Shown one piece after another: positions 25,301 through 37,954 of a stretch of DNA of 64,000 nucleotides (position 1 is its first letter; each line of letters opens with the position of its first letter). The notes beneath the pieces are model-generated. The model saw nothing but the letters and a program-made list of their open reading frames with translations, was not told the origin of the DNA and searched no databases. The stretch lies in assembly GCA_964016885.1 (NCBI GenBank), contig OZ024740.1, positions 4,216,001 through 4,280,000 of the forward strand, given 5' to 3'. Position numbers and translations under genes: made by a program. Source of the DNA: Eledone cirrhosa. Taxonomy: Eukaryota.

Positions 25301-25761
25301 TCCACAGGCATGGGAGCCTGGGTAGAGATCCTTTGAATAAGATCTGTCCGAGATGCGTGCATGATGACGAAACCGTTGCGCACGCATTCGTACACTGCCC
25401 AGGCATTGCTGACCTGTGGGGCTATGTGGAACGACTACTGTCGAGGGTGGGACCAATCCGGTTGACCACCGAGTCCATTGTCACGATCAAACCGCCTCCC
25501 CCTTTCAAAAACGAAGGAGAGGCGGTTTTTCTCTGTGTGGTAGCCATGGCTAAAGAAGTTGTATGGTGGACGAGGCTGAAAGGGCTGAGGTCAGACACCT
25601 TTCTCTCCGGCCAACAACTGGTCCCCTTTTTCAAATACCATTTTAAAAGAAGGATCAGAATGGAGAGAGAGGTGCTCTACCCCAGCAAGTTTTATGAAAG
25701 GTGGGTGAAAGTAGGGAGAATGGCCAGAGTGAATGGGTCTTCTCTCTATATCAGCCTGTAG
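22321..25761 (+). CDS. ORF2 copy 3, intact 1146 aa
   Basis: Same motifs; the G9 run at 22798-22806 adds one Gly in frame. Confidence 0.93.
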   Translation: MADIRVGCLNVRGLGLSWKQGKLLNALRSHRMDVMAICESRISSEHQLAPLFDDFEIFASLCQPGGGGGVVVLLRKHLGLAIQKVHLDPEGRLVVLDVGSSESGALRLIAVYAPFWAARPEYFQRLETFLGTSRSLLLVGDWNGILDARWDYVGACANRGGGCKSLKRLIGRFDLADRYRLDFPTVPLWTWTNRSGTSRSYLDRVLVRENDRDTFSCPKMFMVDYSDHKLVTCIANLDRTHRQGPGYWKLNLSLPRSKAYSKRISTLVKQSLTGAIVNNRWWSSLKRAIRIESIGFSQELARDRNKTERELVGRVEEAIRSGNVAGVLASRMALDQFFEVKHEGCVVRSKIRALGNEGAKAVSWARVTEAKSGNKSTIRFLKDQDGRVILEPGQMCAAFQRHFARLFERGGAPGETMDFNPYLDGLPRLSDAEAKSCERTISAAEIGAALSQCGKRKSPGLDGLPYELYVAMPDLFSDILEAVYCNWQQNGRIPSSVTKGVVTLVRKDENKGDDISNFRPITLLNTELKILAKVLAKRLALVVGNLVGEAQTCAIPSRSIHDNLHLMRYIIERVGNEPGFGGALINLDQSKAFDRVDHRYLDAVLAAAGFGPVFRGWIAAMHSSNVCSRVKVNGHLSEPFQIMRSIRQGCPLSSLLYVLALEPLLRKLERLQGIPLEPGLQKAASAYADDVTVMVSKTSQIGEIGTLLEEYERFTGAKLNRDKSVGLQLGTWRGKPMPSNDVVGRWTEGPVKLLGVWFGPDLQVEKNWNEVTARVFALTQKWAQCKLSLKGRAEVANTYIASVIYYRLTVVPCPVKRLAKMECALFQFLWNKRTPLVRRSICCQHPSKGGLGMPWLQMRKHALRLRHLQVFLTGQPVWAPFVRRAFPRLVSLTELQSWVKQRPRKVGDWHIECAQALTALWKADPAISGDSTSTFYRGLVRSRCDDALGEALGMEEDELASLFGRTFGPGPMDNFQKSLAWQCYRGALPVRDKLHRHGSLGRDPLNKICPRCVHDDETVAHAFVHCPGIADLWGYVERLLSRVGPIRLTTESIVTIKPPPPFKNEGEAVFLCVVAMAKEVVWWTRLKGLRSDTFLSGQQLVPFFKYHFKRRIRMEREVLYPSKFYERWVKVGRMARVNGSSLYISL

Positions 25762-25998
25762 GTGAAAGAAGAGGAAAAAGAGGAGACGAGGGAAGCACCT
25801 ACTCTTTGTGCTCCTGAGGAGAAGGGTTACACATTTTTTCCGGGGTGTGTGCGACCCATGTTAATGCCCCCTCCCTATTGAGGACTTCGTTTGTTGTTGT
25901 TATTTCATTGTTATATTTTTGTACTCGTTAATTATATGTAAACTTCCCCCCTTGTATCTGTCCCTACCTTTTGTGCCCTAGTGGCAAATAAAGAAACC

Positions 25999-26281
25999 AC
26001 TCTATATATACGATTGTATTTTCACAGTAAAGGCTTTACCTCACATAATATCTCACATAACATTTACATTACTCTATATATACTATTGTATTTTCACAGT
26101 AAAGGCTTTACCTCACATAATATCTCACATAACATTAATATTACTCTATATATACTATTGTATTTTCACAGTAAAGGCTTTACCTCACATAATATCTCAC
26201 ATAACATTTACATTACTCTATATATACTATTGTATTGTCACAGGAAAGGCTTTACCTCACATAATATCTCACATAACATCT
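25999..26281. repeat. 72-bp satellite spacer 3 (283 bp = 4x72-5)
   Basis: Same variant string as spacer 2 (ATACGATT, ATTAATATT, CAGGAAAGG). Confidence 0.96.
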
Positions 26282-26490
26282 CGTATACGAGAGACGTGTG
26301 TTGACGTGTGTGAACAAGCTCGGCTACCGAGTCGGATTTACTTACTCAAAAAGTGAGTTTTGATTAATTTTTTTATACTGTAATATACGTTAACCCCTTG
26401 CCTTGGTCGTCAAACTTTGAGTTTATTTATTTTCGCCCCTTTTTGGGGCGAATTTTCCAGTTAAAAATTTATTACGGCAAACTAATAGAA

Positions 26491-28212
26491 ATGGACGGAG
26501 TTTTCACATCTCATCCTAACGTGAAAGCCACGCCCCCTAAGAAAGGTGATACAGAGAAGCTAGAAGCACAAGGCTCTAAGTCTCCCCTCCTCACTTCTGC
26601 AAAAGAAACATGGAACACGGAATTAAAAGAAAAATTTGTAAAAATGGGTGAAAACCCAGAAAGTCACATAAACGCAGACAAAAACAACAACGACAATAAC
26701 AGCAATAGTCACAACACCAACCAAGCAAAAAATAACGATAACACCAAACAAAGCGAACCCACTACTGGTGCCTCCTTTGCATAGGCGGTCCGGAAAACAC
26801 AAACCTGCAAGCAACTGGACATTACAACTCTGAGAGAAAAGATGAAGGAAGCGAAACAGTATGTAACTTTCAAAGAAGGAGGAGACTTCACAATCACCTC
26901 CCCACAAGAAATCAAAAGAGACACGACGCTAAGAACGATATCTTTCAGAACAATTTCCAACATAACAAGGAAACCAACTCAATTATCCCAAAAAGAGATT
27001 GAGCTGGTCCTAAAAAATGTGTGGAGTGATATATCGTTCATACAAAAAGGGCCACTCTATGGGAATATAACGGTCCTAATGAAGGATCAATTGACGGCCA
27101 GGAAATACTCTGTGGCACCAATTGTTTCCAAGCTACATACATTTTTCCCCACATATTTAGGGAAAAGAACGCAGAAGATAAGGGTCTCCGGAATCCGGCC
27201 AAATGCATGCATTTCCTGGGTACTAACAGGATTTTTAGAAGACGAGGACGGAATCCTCTCAGTAGGAGAAGTCACCACAGACGTTTTCGGCGGTTTGAGC
27301 GTGGAGGTTCTGGTCCAAATGAGACCAGAACGAATAGCTAGAATACCACAGAGGGTGTCCCTCGATGGAGAAACATTTATATATATTTCAGCCGAGGGTA
27401 GGAGGCCCATATGTTACTACTGTTCAAGCAGGGGTCATCTAAGGGCTGCTTGTCCTCAATTGACAAAAAAAAAGGCTCTTTTGCCTACACCCCACACACC
27501 ACCACCGCCACCACCACCACCACCACAACAACAACAAAAACAACACGGAAAAATAACACAAGACACGGCCCCACCCAAAACAACTCCCAAAACACACACA
27601 AATACAACAAAACCCCAAAATACACCACTACCCGACAGCACGGACGAGGACCCAGCGGAAACGGCACCTAGTGACGAAGAGGGGGAACCCTTCCAACCTG
27701 TAAAAAGGAAAAAAAGAAAGCACCACTCGAACATAAACGAAACAAACACACAACCACCAACAAAAACAAAACAAACAGAACAAACAAAATCCGCCCCACC
27801 CCAAAACATAACACATACAACAAAACGTAAGCACACACAAGAACAACAAACAAACACAACACAAATAAAACAGTATACATACATTAACACAAATAACAAA
27901 GAACTAGTAAAAACAATACACAAAGACCCTTTGGTGGAAACTGAAGGGCAATTCTTTGCAAGCGCGGCCAACAAACCGCATTTAAAAATGATAAGACTCC
28001 CAATGGACACCTATGCAAAACTTATAGAGAACTTTCCTGAGGACGTGGGGAAAACATGTACTCGACCCTATAACCGCGTCCTCTTGAAACGTTTCCCCAC
28101 CCACACCTCACCAAACACCCCCACTCCACCACAGAACAACACCCCACCAAACAACCCCTCCAATACGCCCATGGATATTGTGCAACCGGCTCCTCAGGAG
28201 CCGAACAGGTAG
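26491..28212 (+). pseudogene. ORF1 copy 4, TAG at 26782-26784
   Basis: Shared nonsense codon. Confidence 0.85.
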
Positions 28213-28233
28213 GTCCTTCCTCTTTTAACCAAC

Positions 28234-31200
28234 ATGGCTGATATAAGAGTTGGGTGTCTGAATGTACGTGGCCTGGGACTGTCTTGGAAACAAGGCAAAC
28301 TTTTAAACGCTCTCAGGTCGCATAGAATGGATGTAATGGTTATTTGCGAGTCCAGGATCAGCAGCGAGCACCAACTGGCGCCCCTCTTCGACGACTTTGA
28401 GATCTTCGCATCTCTCTGTCAACCGGGGGGTGGGGGTGGAGTTGTCGTTCTGCTGCGAAAACACCTGGGCCTCGCCATACAGAAGGTGCACCTGGACCCG
28501 GAGGGTCGACTGGTGGTTTTAGACGTCGGCAGTAGTGAAAGTGGAGCCCTTAGACTAATAGCTGTGTACGCCCCTTTTTGGGCAGCGCGGCCGGAATACT
28601 TCCAACGTCTGGAAACTTTTCTGGGAACGTCCCGCTCCTTGCTTTTAGTGGGGGACTGGAATGGTATCCTGGATGCACGTTGGGACTATGTAGGGGCATG
28701 TGCCAATAGAGGGGGGGGGGGTGTAAAAGCCTCAAAAGGTTAATCGGCCGATTTGACCTGGCCGATAGATATCGACTAGATTTTCCGACTGTACCACTAT
28801 GGACGTGGACCAATCGCAGTGGAACATCTAGGTCGTACCTAGATAGGGTCCTAGTTAGAGAGAACGATAGGGACACATTTAGCTGTCCAAAAATGTTCAT
28901 GGTTGACTATTCGGATCACAAGTTAGTGACCTGCATAGCCAACCTTGATAGAACCCATAGACAGGGACCCGGTTACTGGAAGCTGAACTTGTCCTTACCG
29001 AGAAGCAAAGCTTACAGTAAACGGATTAGCACGTTAGTTAAGCAGAGTTTGACAGGGGCAATTGTCAACAACAGGTGGTGGAGCTCTCTTAAGAGAGCAA
29101 TTAGAATAGAATCGATAGGTTTTAGTCAGGAATTAGCAAGGGATAGGAACAAGACGGAAAGGGAATTAGTAGGTAGAGTAGAAGAGGCGATTAGGAGTGG
29201 AAATGTAGCCGGCGTGCTGGCATCAAGAATGGCCTTAGACCAGTTCTTTGAGGTGAAGCATGAAGGCTGCGTTGTCAGGAGTAAAATACGTGCTCTGGGT
29301 AATGAGGGAGCCAAAGCTGTGAGCTGGGCCCGAGTGACAGAGGCAAAAAGTGGGAACAAGTCCACGATTCGGTCTTTGAAGGACCAGGATGGGCGTGTGA
29401 TCCTTGAACCTGGGCAGATGTGTGCGGCCTTTCAGCGGCACTTTGCACGACTGTTCGAGAGGGGCGGCGCGCCGGGTGAGACTATGGATTTCAATCCATA
29501 CCTCGACGGTCTGCCGCGCCTCTCGGACGCGGAGGCGAAGTCCTGCGAAAGGACGATTTCAGCTGCTGAGATAGGGGCGGCGCTGAGCCAATGCGGCAAA
29601 CGCAAATCCCCGGGTCTCGATGGTCTACCATACGAGCTATATGTAGCGATGCCGGACTTGTTCTCCGATATCCTCGAAGCGGTCTACTGCAACTGGCAGC
29701 AGAACGGGAGAATTCCCAGTTCTGTGACCAAGGGCGTAGTTACGCTGGTGAGGAAGGATGAGAACAAGGGGGATGACATAAGTAACTTCAGGCCCATAAC
29801 TCTGCTAAATACAGAGTTAAAGATTTTGGCCAAGGTGTTAGCGAAGAGGTTGGCGCTTGTCGTTGGAAACCTGGTGGGAGAAGCGCAGACATGCGCAATC
29901 CCGTCCAGGTCCATTCACGACAATCTCCACCTTATGCGATACATCATAGAGAGGGTAGGGAATGAACCCGGCTTTGGTGGGGCCCTGATCAACTTGGATC
30001 AATCTAAAGCTTTCGATAGGGTTGACCATCGTTACCTGGATGCGGTGCTCGCGGCGGCAGGCTTCGGACCCGTTTTCAGGGGTTGGATTGCTGCGATGCA
30101 CAGCAGCAACGTTTGCTCAAGGGTCAAGGTGAACGGCCACCTCTCGGAGCCGTTCCAAATCATGCGATCCATCCGACAGGGATGCCCTCTCTCCTCCCTA
30201 CTGTATGTGCTGGCTCTTGAGCCACTACTGCGGAAGTTGGAGCGGTTGCAGGGCATCCCTTTGGAACCGGGATTTCAGAAAGCGGCGTCGGCCTACGCCG
30301 ATGACGTGACAGTAATGGTGTCGAAAACCTCGCAAATCGGTGAGATCGGCACCTTACTGGAGGAATATGAAAGGTTTACAGGAGCCAAGCTGAACCGGGA
30401 CAAGTCCGTCGGTTTGCAACTCGGAACATGGAGAGGCAAACCGATGCCCTCCAACGACGTCGTCTGACGCTGGACGGAGGGCCCGGTGAAGCTGCTTGGG
30501 GTCTGGTTCGGACCAGACCTCCAGGTGGAGAAAAACTGGAACGAGGTAACGGCCAGGGTGTTTGCACTCACCCAGAAGTGGGCCCAGTGCAAACTATCCC
30601 TGAAAGGTCGAGCGGAGGTGGCGAATACTTATATAGCATCCGTCATCTACTACCGCTTGACCGTCGTGCCTTGCCCAGTGAAAAGACTCGCCAAAATGGA
30701 GTGCGCGCTGTTCCAATTTCTTTGGAACAAGCGGACCCCTTTGGTGAGGAGATCCATCTGCTGTCAACACCCTTCGAAAGGAGGGCTGGGGATGCCGTGG
30801 CTACAGATGCGTAAACACGCATTAAGGCTACGGCACCTCCAGGTATTCCTCACCGGTCAACCGGTGTGGGCCCCGTTTGTGAGGCGAGCCTTTCCCAGAC
30901 TCGTCTCGCTCACCGAGCTGCAATCCTGGGTCAAGCAAAGACCGAGAAAAGTGGGCGACTGGCACATTGAATGTGCCCAGGCGCTCACGGCCCTCTGGAA
31001 AGCGGACCCGGCAATCAGTGGAGACTCCACCTCGACATTTTATAGAGGGTTGGTACGCAGCAGGTGCGACGATGCTCTCGGAGAAGCTCTAGGCATGGAG
31101 GAAGATGAACTGGCCAGTCTGTTCGGTAGGACGTTTGGCCCTGGACCGATGGACAACTTCCAAAAGTCCCTGGCTTGGCAGTGCTACCGAGGGGCTCTAC

Positions 31201-31676
31201 CCGTTCGAGACAAGCTCCACAGGCATGGGAGCCTGGGTAGAGATCCTTTGAATAAGATCTGTCCGAGATGCGTGCATGATGACGAAACCGTTGCGCACGC
31301 ATTCGTACACTGCTCAGGCATTGCTGACCTGTGGGGCTATGTGGAACGACTACTGTCGAGGGTGGGACCAATCCGGTTGACCACCGAGTCCATTGTCACG
31401 ATCAAACCGCCTCCCCCTTTCAAAAACGAAGGAGAGGCGGTTTTTCTCTGTGTGGTAGCCATGGCTAAAGAAGTTGTATGGTGGACGAGGCTGAAAGGGC
31501 TGAGGTCAGACACCTTTCTCTCCGGCCAACAACTGGTCCCCTTTTTCAAATACCATTTTAAAAGAAGGATCAGAATGGAGAGAGAGGTGCTCTACCCCAG
31601 CAAGTTTTATGAAAGGTGGGTGAAAGTAGGGAGAATGGCCAGAGTGAATGGGTCTTCTCTCTATATCAGCCTGTAG
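28234..31676 (+). pseudogene. ORF2 copy 4, frameshift at G11 (28711-28721) and TGA at 30465-30467
   Basis: The ORF track splits into 169, 524 and 396 aa pieces; GGA>TGA is shared with copy 5. Confidence 0.9.
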
Positions 31677-31913
31677 GTGAAAGAAGAGGAAAAAGCGGAG
31701 ACGAGGGAAGCACCTACTCTTTGTGCTCCTGAGGAGAAGGGTTACACATTTTTTCCGGGGTGTGTGCGACCCATGTTAATGCCCCCTCCCTATTGAGGAC
31801 TTCGTTTGTTGTTGTTATTTCATTGTTATATTTTTGTACTCGTTAATTATATGTAAACTTCCCCCCTTGTATCTGTCCCTACCTTTTGTGCCCTAGTGGC
31901 AAATAAAGAAACC

Positions 31914-31980
31914 ACTCTATATATACTATTGTATTGTCACAGTAAAGGCTTTACCTCACATAATATCTCACATAACATCT
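31914..31980. repeat. 72-bp satellite spacer 4 (67 bp = 72-5)
   Basis: A single incomplete unit between copies 4 and 5. Confidence 0.95.
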
Positions 31981-32189
31981 CGTATACGAGAGACGTGTGT
32001 TGACGTGTGTGAACAAGCTCGGCTACCGAGTCGGATTTACTTACTCAAAAAGTGAGTTTTGATTAATTTTTTTATACTGTAATATACGTTACCCCCTTGC
32101 CTTGGTCGTCAAACTTTGAGTTTATTTATTTTCGCCCCTTTTTGGGGCGAATTTTCCAGTTAAAAATTTATTACGGCAAACTAATAGAA

Positions 32190-33911
32190 ATGGACGGAAT
32201 TTTCACATCTCATCCTAACGTGAAAGCCACGCCCCCTAAGAAAGGTGATACAGAGAAGCTAGAAGCACAAGGCTCTAAGTCTCCCCTCCTCACTTCTGCA
32301 AAAGAAACATGGAACACGGAATTAAAAGAAAAATTTGTAAAAATGGGTGAAAACCCAGAAAGTCACATAAACGCAGACAAAAACAACAACGACAATAACA
32401 GCAATAGTCACAACACCAACCAAGCAAAAAATAACGATAACACCAAACAAAGCGAACCCACTACTGGTGCCTCCTTTGCATAGGCGGTCCGGAAAACACA
32501 AACCTGCAAGCAACTGGACATTACAACTCTGAGAGAAAAGATGAAGGAAGCGAAACAGTATGTAACTTTCAAAGAAGGAGGAGACTTCACAATCACCTCC
32601 CCACAAGAAATCAAAAGAGACACGACGCTAAGAACGATATCTTTCAGAACAATTTCCAACATAACAAGGAAACCAACTCAATTATCCCAAAAAGAGATTG
32701 AGCTGGTCCTAAAAAATGTGTGGAGTGATATATCGTTCATACAAAAAGGGCCACTCTATGGGAATATAACGGTCCTAATGAAGGATCAATTGACGGCCAG
32801 GAAATACTCTGTGGCACCAATTGTTTCCAAGCTACATACATTTTTCCCCACATATTTAGGGAAAAGAACGCAGAAGATAAGGGTCTCCGGAATCCGGCCA
32901 AATGCATGCATTTCCTGGGTACTAACAGGATTTTTAGAAGACGAGGACGGAATCCTCTCAGTAGGAGAAGTCACCACAGACGTTTTCGGCGGTTTGAGCG
33001 TGGAGGTTCTGGTCCAAATGAGACCAGAACGAATAGCTAGAATACCACAGAGGGTGTCCCTCGATGGAGAAACATTTATATATATTTCAGCCGAGGGTAG
33101 GAGGCCCATATGTTACTACTGTTCAAGCAGGGGTCATCTAAGGGCTGCTTGTCCTCAATTGACAAAAAAAAAGGCTCTTTTGCCTACACCCCACACACCA
33201 CCACCGCCACCACCACCACCACCACAACAACAACAAAAACAACACGGAAAAATAACACAAGACACGGCCCCACCCAAAACAACTCCCAAAACACACACAA
33301 ATACAACAAAACCCCAAAATACACCACTACCCGACAGCACGGACGAGGACCCAGCGGAAACGGCACCTAGTGACGAAGAGGGGGAACCCTTCCAACCTGT
33401 AAAAAGGAAAAAAAGAAAGCACCACTCGAACATAAACGAAACAAACACACAACCACCAACAAAAACAAAACAAACAGAACAAACAAAATCCGCCCCACCC
33501 CAAAACATAACACATACAACAAAACGTAAGCACACACAAGAACAACAAACAAACACAACACAAATAAAACAGTATACATACATTAACACAAATAACAAAG
33601 AACTAGTAAAAACAATACACAAAGACCCTTTGGTGGAAACTGAAGGGCAATTCTTTGCAAGCGCGGCCAACAAACCGCATTTAAAAATGATAAGACTCCC
33701 AATGGACACCTATGCAAAACTTATAGAGAACTTTCCTGAGGACGTGGGGAAAACATGTACTCGACCCTATAACCGCGTCCTCTTGAAACGTTTCCCCACC
33801 CACACCTCACCAAACACCCCCACTCCACCACAGAACAACACCCCACCAAACAACCCCTCCAATACGCCCATGGATATTGTGCAACCGGCTCCTCAGGAGC
33901 CGAACAGGTAG
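32190..33911 (+). pseudogene. ORF1 copy 5, TAG at 32481-32483
   Basis: Shared nonsense codon. Confidence 0.85.
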
Positions 33912-33932
33912 GTCCTTCCTCTTTTAACCAAC

Positions 33933-36900
33933 ATGGCTGATATAAGAGTTGGGTGTCTGAATGTACGTGGCCTGGGACTGTCTTGGAAACAAGGCAAACT
34001 TTTAAACGCTCTCAGGTCGCATAGAATGGATGTAATGGCTATTTGCGAGTCCAGGATCAGCAGCGAGCACCAACTGGCGCCCCTCTTCGACGACTTTGAG
34101 ATCTTCGCATCTCTCTGTCAACCGGGGGGTGGGGGTGGAGTTGTCGTTCTGCTGCGAAAACACCTGGGCCTCGCCATACAGAAGGTGCACCTGGACCCGG
34201 AGGGTCGACTGGTGGTTTTAGACGTCGGCAGTAGTGAAAGTGGAGCCCTTAGACTAATAGCTGTGTACGCCCCTTTTTGGGCAGCGCGGCCGGAATACTT
34301 CCAACGTCTGGAAACTTTTCTGGGAACGTCCCGCTCCTTGCTTTTAGTGGGGGACTGGAATGGTATCCTGGATGCACGTTGGGACTATGTAGGGGCATGT
34401 GCCAATAGAGGGGGGTGTAAAAGCCTCAAAAGGTTAATCGGACGATTTGACCTGGCCGATAGATATCGACTAGATTTTCCGACTGTACCACTATGGACGT
34501 GGACCAATCGCAGTGGAACATCTAGGTCGTACCTAGATAGGGTCCTAGTTAGAGAGAACGATAGGGACACATTTAGCTGTCCAAAAATGTTCATGGTTGA
34601 CTATTCGGATCACAAGTTAGTGACCTGCATAGCCAACCTTGATAGAACCCATAGACAGGGACCCGGTTACTGGAAGCTGAACTTGTCCTTACCGAGAAGC
34701 AAAGCTTACAGTAAACGGATTAGCACGTTAGTTAAGCAGAGTTTGACAGGGGCAATTGTCAACAACAGGTGGTGGAGCTCTCTTAAGAGAGCAATTAGAA
34801 TAGAATCGATAGGTTTTAGTCAGGAATTAGCAAGGGATAGGAACAAGACGGAAAGGGAATTAGTAGGTAGAGTAGAAGAGGCGATTAGGAGTGGAAATGT
34901 AGCCGGCGTGCTGGCATCAAGAATGGCCTTAGACCAGTTCTTTGAGGTGAAGCATGAAGGCTGCGTTGTCAGGAGTAAAATACGTGCTCTGGGTAATGAG
35001 GGAGCCAAAGCTGTGAGCTGGGCCCGAGTGACAGAGGCAAAAAGTGGGAACAAGTCCACGATTCGGTTTTTGAAGGACCAGGATGGGCGTGTGATCCTTG
35101 AACCTGGGCAGATGTGTGCGGCCTTTCAGCGGCACTTTGCACGACTGTTCGAGAGGGGCGGCGCGCCGGGTGAGACTATGGATTTCAATCCATACCTCGA
35201 CGGTCTGCCGCGCCTCTCGGACGCGGAGGCGAAGTCCTGCGAAAGGACGATTTCAGCTGCTGAGATAGGGGCGGCGCTGAGCCAATGCGGCAAACGCAAA
35301 TCCCCGGGTCTCGATGGTCTACCATACGAGCTATATGTAGCGATGCCGGACTTGTTCTCCGATATCCTCGAAGCGGTCTACTGCAACTGGCAGCAGAACG
35401 GGAGAATTCCCAGTTCTGTGACCAAGGGCGTAGTTACGCTGGTGAGGAAGGATGAGAACAAGGGGGATGACATAAGTAACTTCAGGCCCATAACTCTGCT
35501 AAATACAGAGTTAAAGATTTTGGCCAAGGTGTTAGCGAAGAGGTTGGCGCTTGTCGTTGGAAACCTGGTGGGAGAAGCGCAGACATGCGCAATCCCGTCC
35601 AGGTCCATTCACGACAATCTCCACCTTATGCGATACATCATAGAGAGGGTAGGGAATGAACCCGGCTTTGGTGGGGCCCTGATCAACTTGGATCAATCTA
35701 AAGCTTTCGATAGGGTTGACCATCGTTACCTGGATGCGGTGCTCGCGGCGGCAGGCTTCGGACCCGTTTTCAGGGGTTGGATTGCTGCGATGCACAGCAG
35801 CAACGTTTGCTCAAGGGTCAAGGTGAACGGCCACCTCTCGGAGCCGTTCCAAATCATGCGATCCATCCGACAGGGATGCCCTCTCTCCTCCCTACTGTAT
35901 GTGCTGGCTCTTGAGCCACTACTGCGGAAGTTGGAGCGGTTGCAGGTCATCCCTTTGGAACCGGGATTTCAGAAAGCGGCGTCGGCCTACGCCGATGACG
36001 TGACAGTAATGGTGTCGAAAACCTCGCAAATCGGTGAGATCGGCACCTTACTGGAGGAATATGAAAGGTTTACAGGAGCCAAGCTGAACCGGGACAAGTC
36101 CGTCGGTTTGCAACTCGGAACATGGAGAGGCAAACCGATGCCCTCCAACGACGTCGTCTGACGCTGGACGGAGGGCCCGGTGAAGCTGCTTGGGGTCTGG
36201 TTCGGACCAGACCTCCAGGTGGAGAAAAACTGGAACGAGGTAACGGCCAGGGTGTTTGCACTCACCCAGAAGTGGGCCCAGTGCAAACTATCCCTGAAAG
36301 GTCGAGCGGAGGTGGCGAATACTTATATAGCATCCGTCATCTACTACCGCTTGACCGTCGTGCCTTGCCCAGTGAAAAGACTCGCCAAAATGGAGTGCGC
36401 GCTGTTCCAATTTCTTTGGAACAAGCGGACCCCTTTGGTGAGGAGATCCATCTGCTGTCAACACCCTTCGAAAGGAGGGCTGGGGATGCCGTGGCTACAG
36501 ATGCGTAAACACGCATTAAGGCTACGGCACCTCCAGGTATTCCTCACCGGTCAACCGGTGTGGGCCCCGTTTGTGAGGCGAGCCTTTCCCAACTCGTCTC
36601 GCTCATCGAGCTGCAATCCTGGGTCAAGCAAAGACCGAGAAAAGTGGGCGACTGGCACATTGAATGTGCCCAGGCGCTCACGGCCCTCTGGAAAGCGGAC
36701 CCGGCAATCAGTGGAGACTCCACCTCGACATTCTATAGAGGGTTGGTACGCAGCAGGTGCGACGATGCTCTCGGAGAAGCTCTAGGCATGGAGGAAGATG
36801 AACTGGCCAGTCTGTTCGGTAGGACGTTTGGCCCTGGACCGATGGACAACTTCCAAAAGTCCCTGGCTTGGCAGTGCTACCGAGGGGCTCTACCCGTTCG

Positions 36901-37369
36901 AGACAAGCTCCACAGGCATGGGAGCCTGGGTAGAGATCCTTTGAATAAGATCTGTCCGAGATGCGTGCATGATGACGAAACCGTTGCGCACGCATTCGTA
37001 CACTGCCCAGGCATTGCTGACCTGTGGGGCTATGTGGAACGACTACTGTCGAGGGTGGGACCAATCCGGTTGACCACCGAGTCCATTGTCACGATCAAAC
37101 CGCCTCCCCCTTTCAAAAACGAAGGAGAGGCGGTTTTTCTCTGTGTGGTAGCCATGGCTAAAGAAGTTGTATGGTGGACGAGGCTGAAAGGGCTGAGGTC
37201 AGACACCTTTCTCTCCGGCCAACAACTGGTCCCCTTTTTCAAATACCATTTTAAAAGAAGGATCAGAATGGAGAGAGAGGTGCTCTACCCCAGCAAGTTT
37301 TATGAAAGGTGGGTGAAAGTAGGGAGAATGGCCAGAGTGAATGGGTCTTCTCTCTATATCAGCCTGTAG
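33933..37369 (+). pseudogene. ORF2 copy 5, TGA at 36159-36161 and -1 deletion near 36591
   Basis: The ORF track splits into 742, 201 and 269 aa pieces. Confidence 0.9.
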
Positions 37370-37606
37370 GTGAAAGAAGAGGAAAAAGCGGAGACGAGGG
37401 AAGCACCTACTCTTTGTGCTCCTGAGGAGAAGGGTTACACATTTTTTCCGGGGTGTGTGCGACCCATGTTAATGCCCCCTCCCTATTGAGGACTTCGTTT
37501 GTTGTTGTTATTTCATTGTTATATTTTTGTACTCGTTAATTATATGTAAACTTCCCCCCTTGTATCTGTCCCTACCTTTTGTGCCCTAGTGGCAAATAAA
37601 GAAACC

Positions 37607-37745
37607 ACTCTATATATACTATTGTATTTTCACAGTAAAGGCTTTACCTCACATTATATCTCGCATAACATTTACATTACTCTATATATACTATTGTATT
37701 GTCACAGTAAAGGCTTTACCTCACATAATATCTCACATAACATCT
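37607..37745. repeat. 72-bp satellite spacer 5 (139 bp = 2x72-5)
   Basis: Direct count; carries the CATTATATCTCGCAT variant typical of the right array. Confidence 0.95.
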
Positions 37746-37954
37746 CGTATACGAGAGACGTGTGTTGACGTGTGTGAACAAGCTCGGCTACCGAGTCGGA
37801 TTTACTTACTCAAAAAGTGAGTTTTGATTAATTTTTTTATACTGTAATATACGTTAACCCCTTGCCTTGGTCGTCAAACTTTGAGTTTATTTATTTTCGC
37901 CCCTTTTTGGGGCGAATTTTCCAGTTAAAAATTTATTACGGCAAACTAATAGAA

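Larger units (their letters stand above)
20369..25998 (+). mobile_element. Tx1-like element copy 3 (full length, probable chimera)
   Basis: Same termini; 5' variants match copies 4/5 and 3' variants match copy 2. Confidence 0.95.
26282..31913 (+). mobile_element. Tx1-like element copy 4 (full length, defective)
   Basis: Same termini. Confidence 0.95.
31981..37606 (+). mobile_element. Tx1-like element copy 5 (full length, defective)
   Basis: Same termini. Confidence 0.95.
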
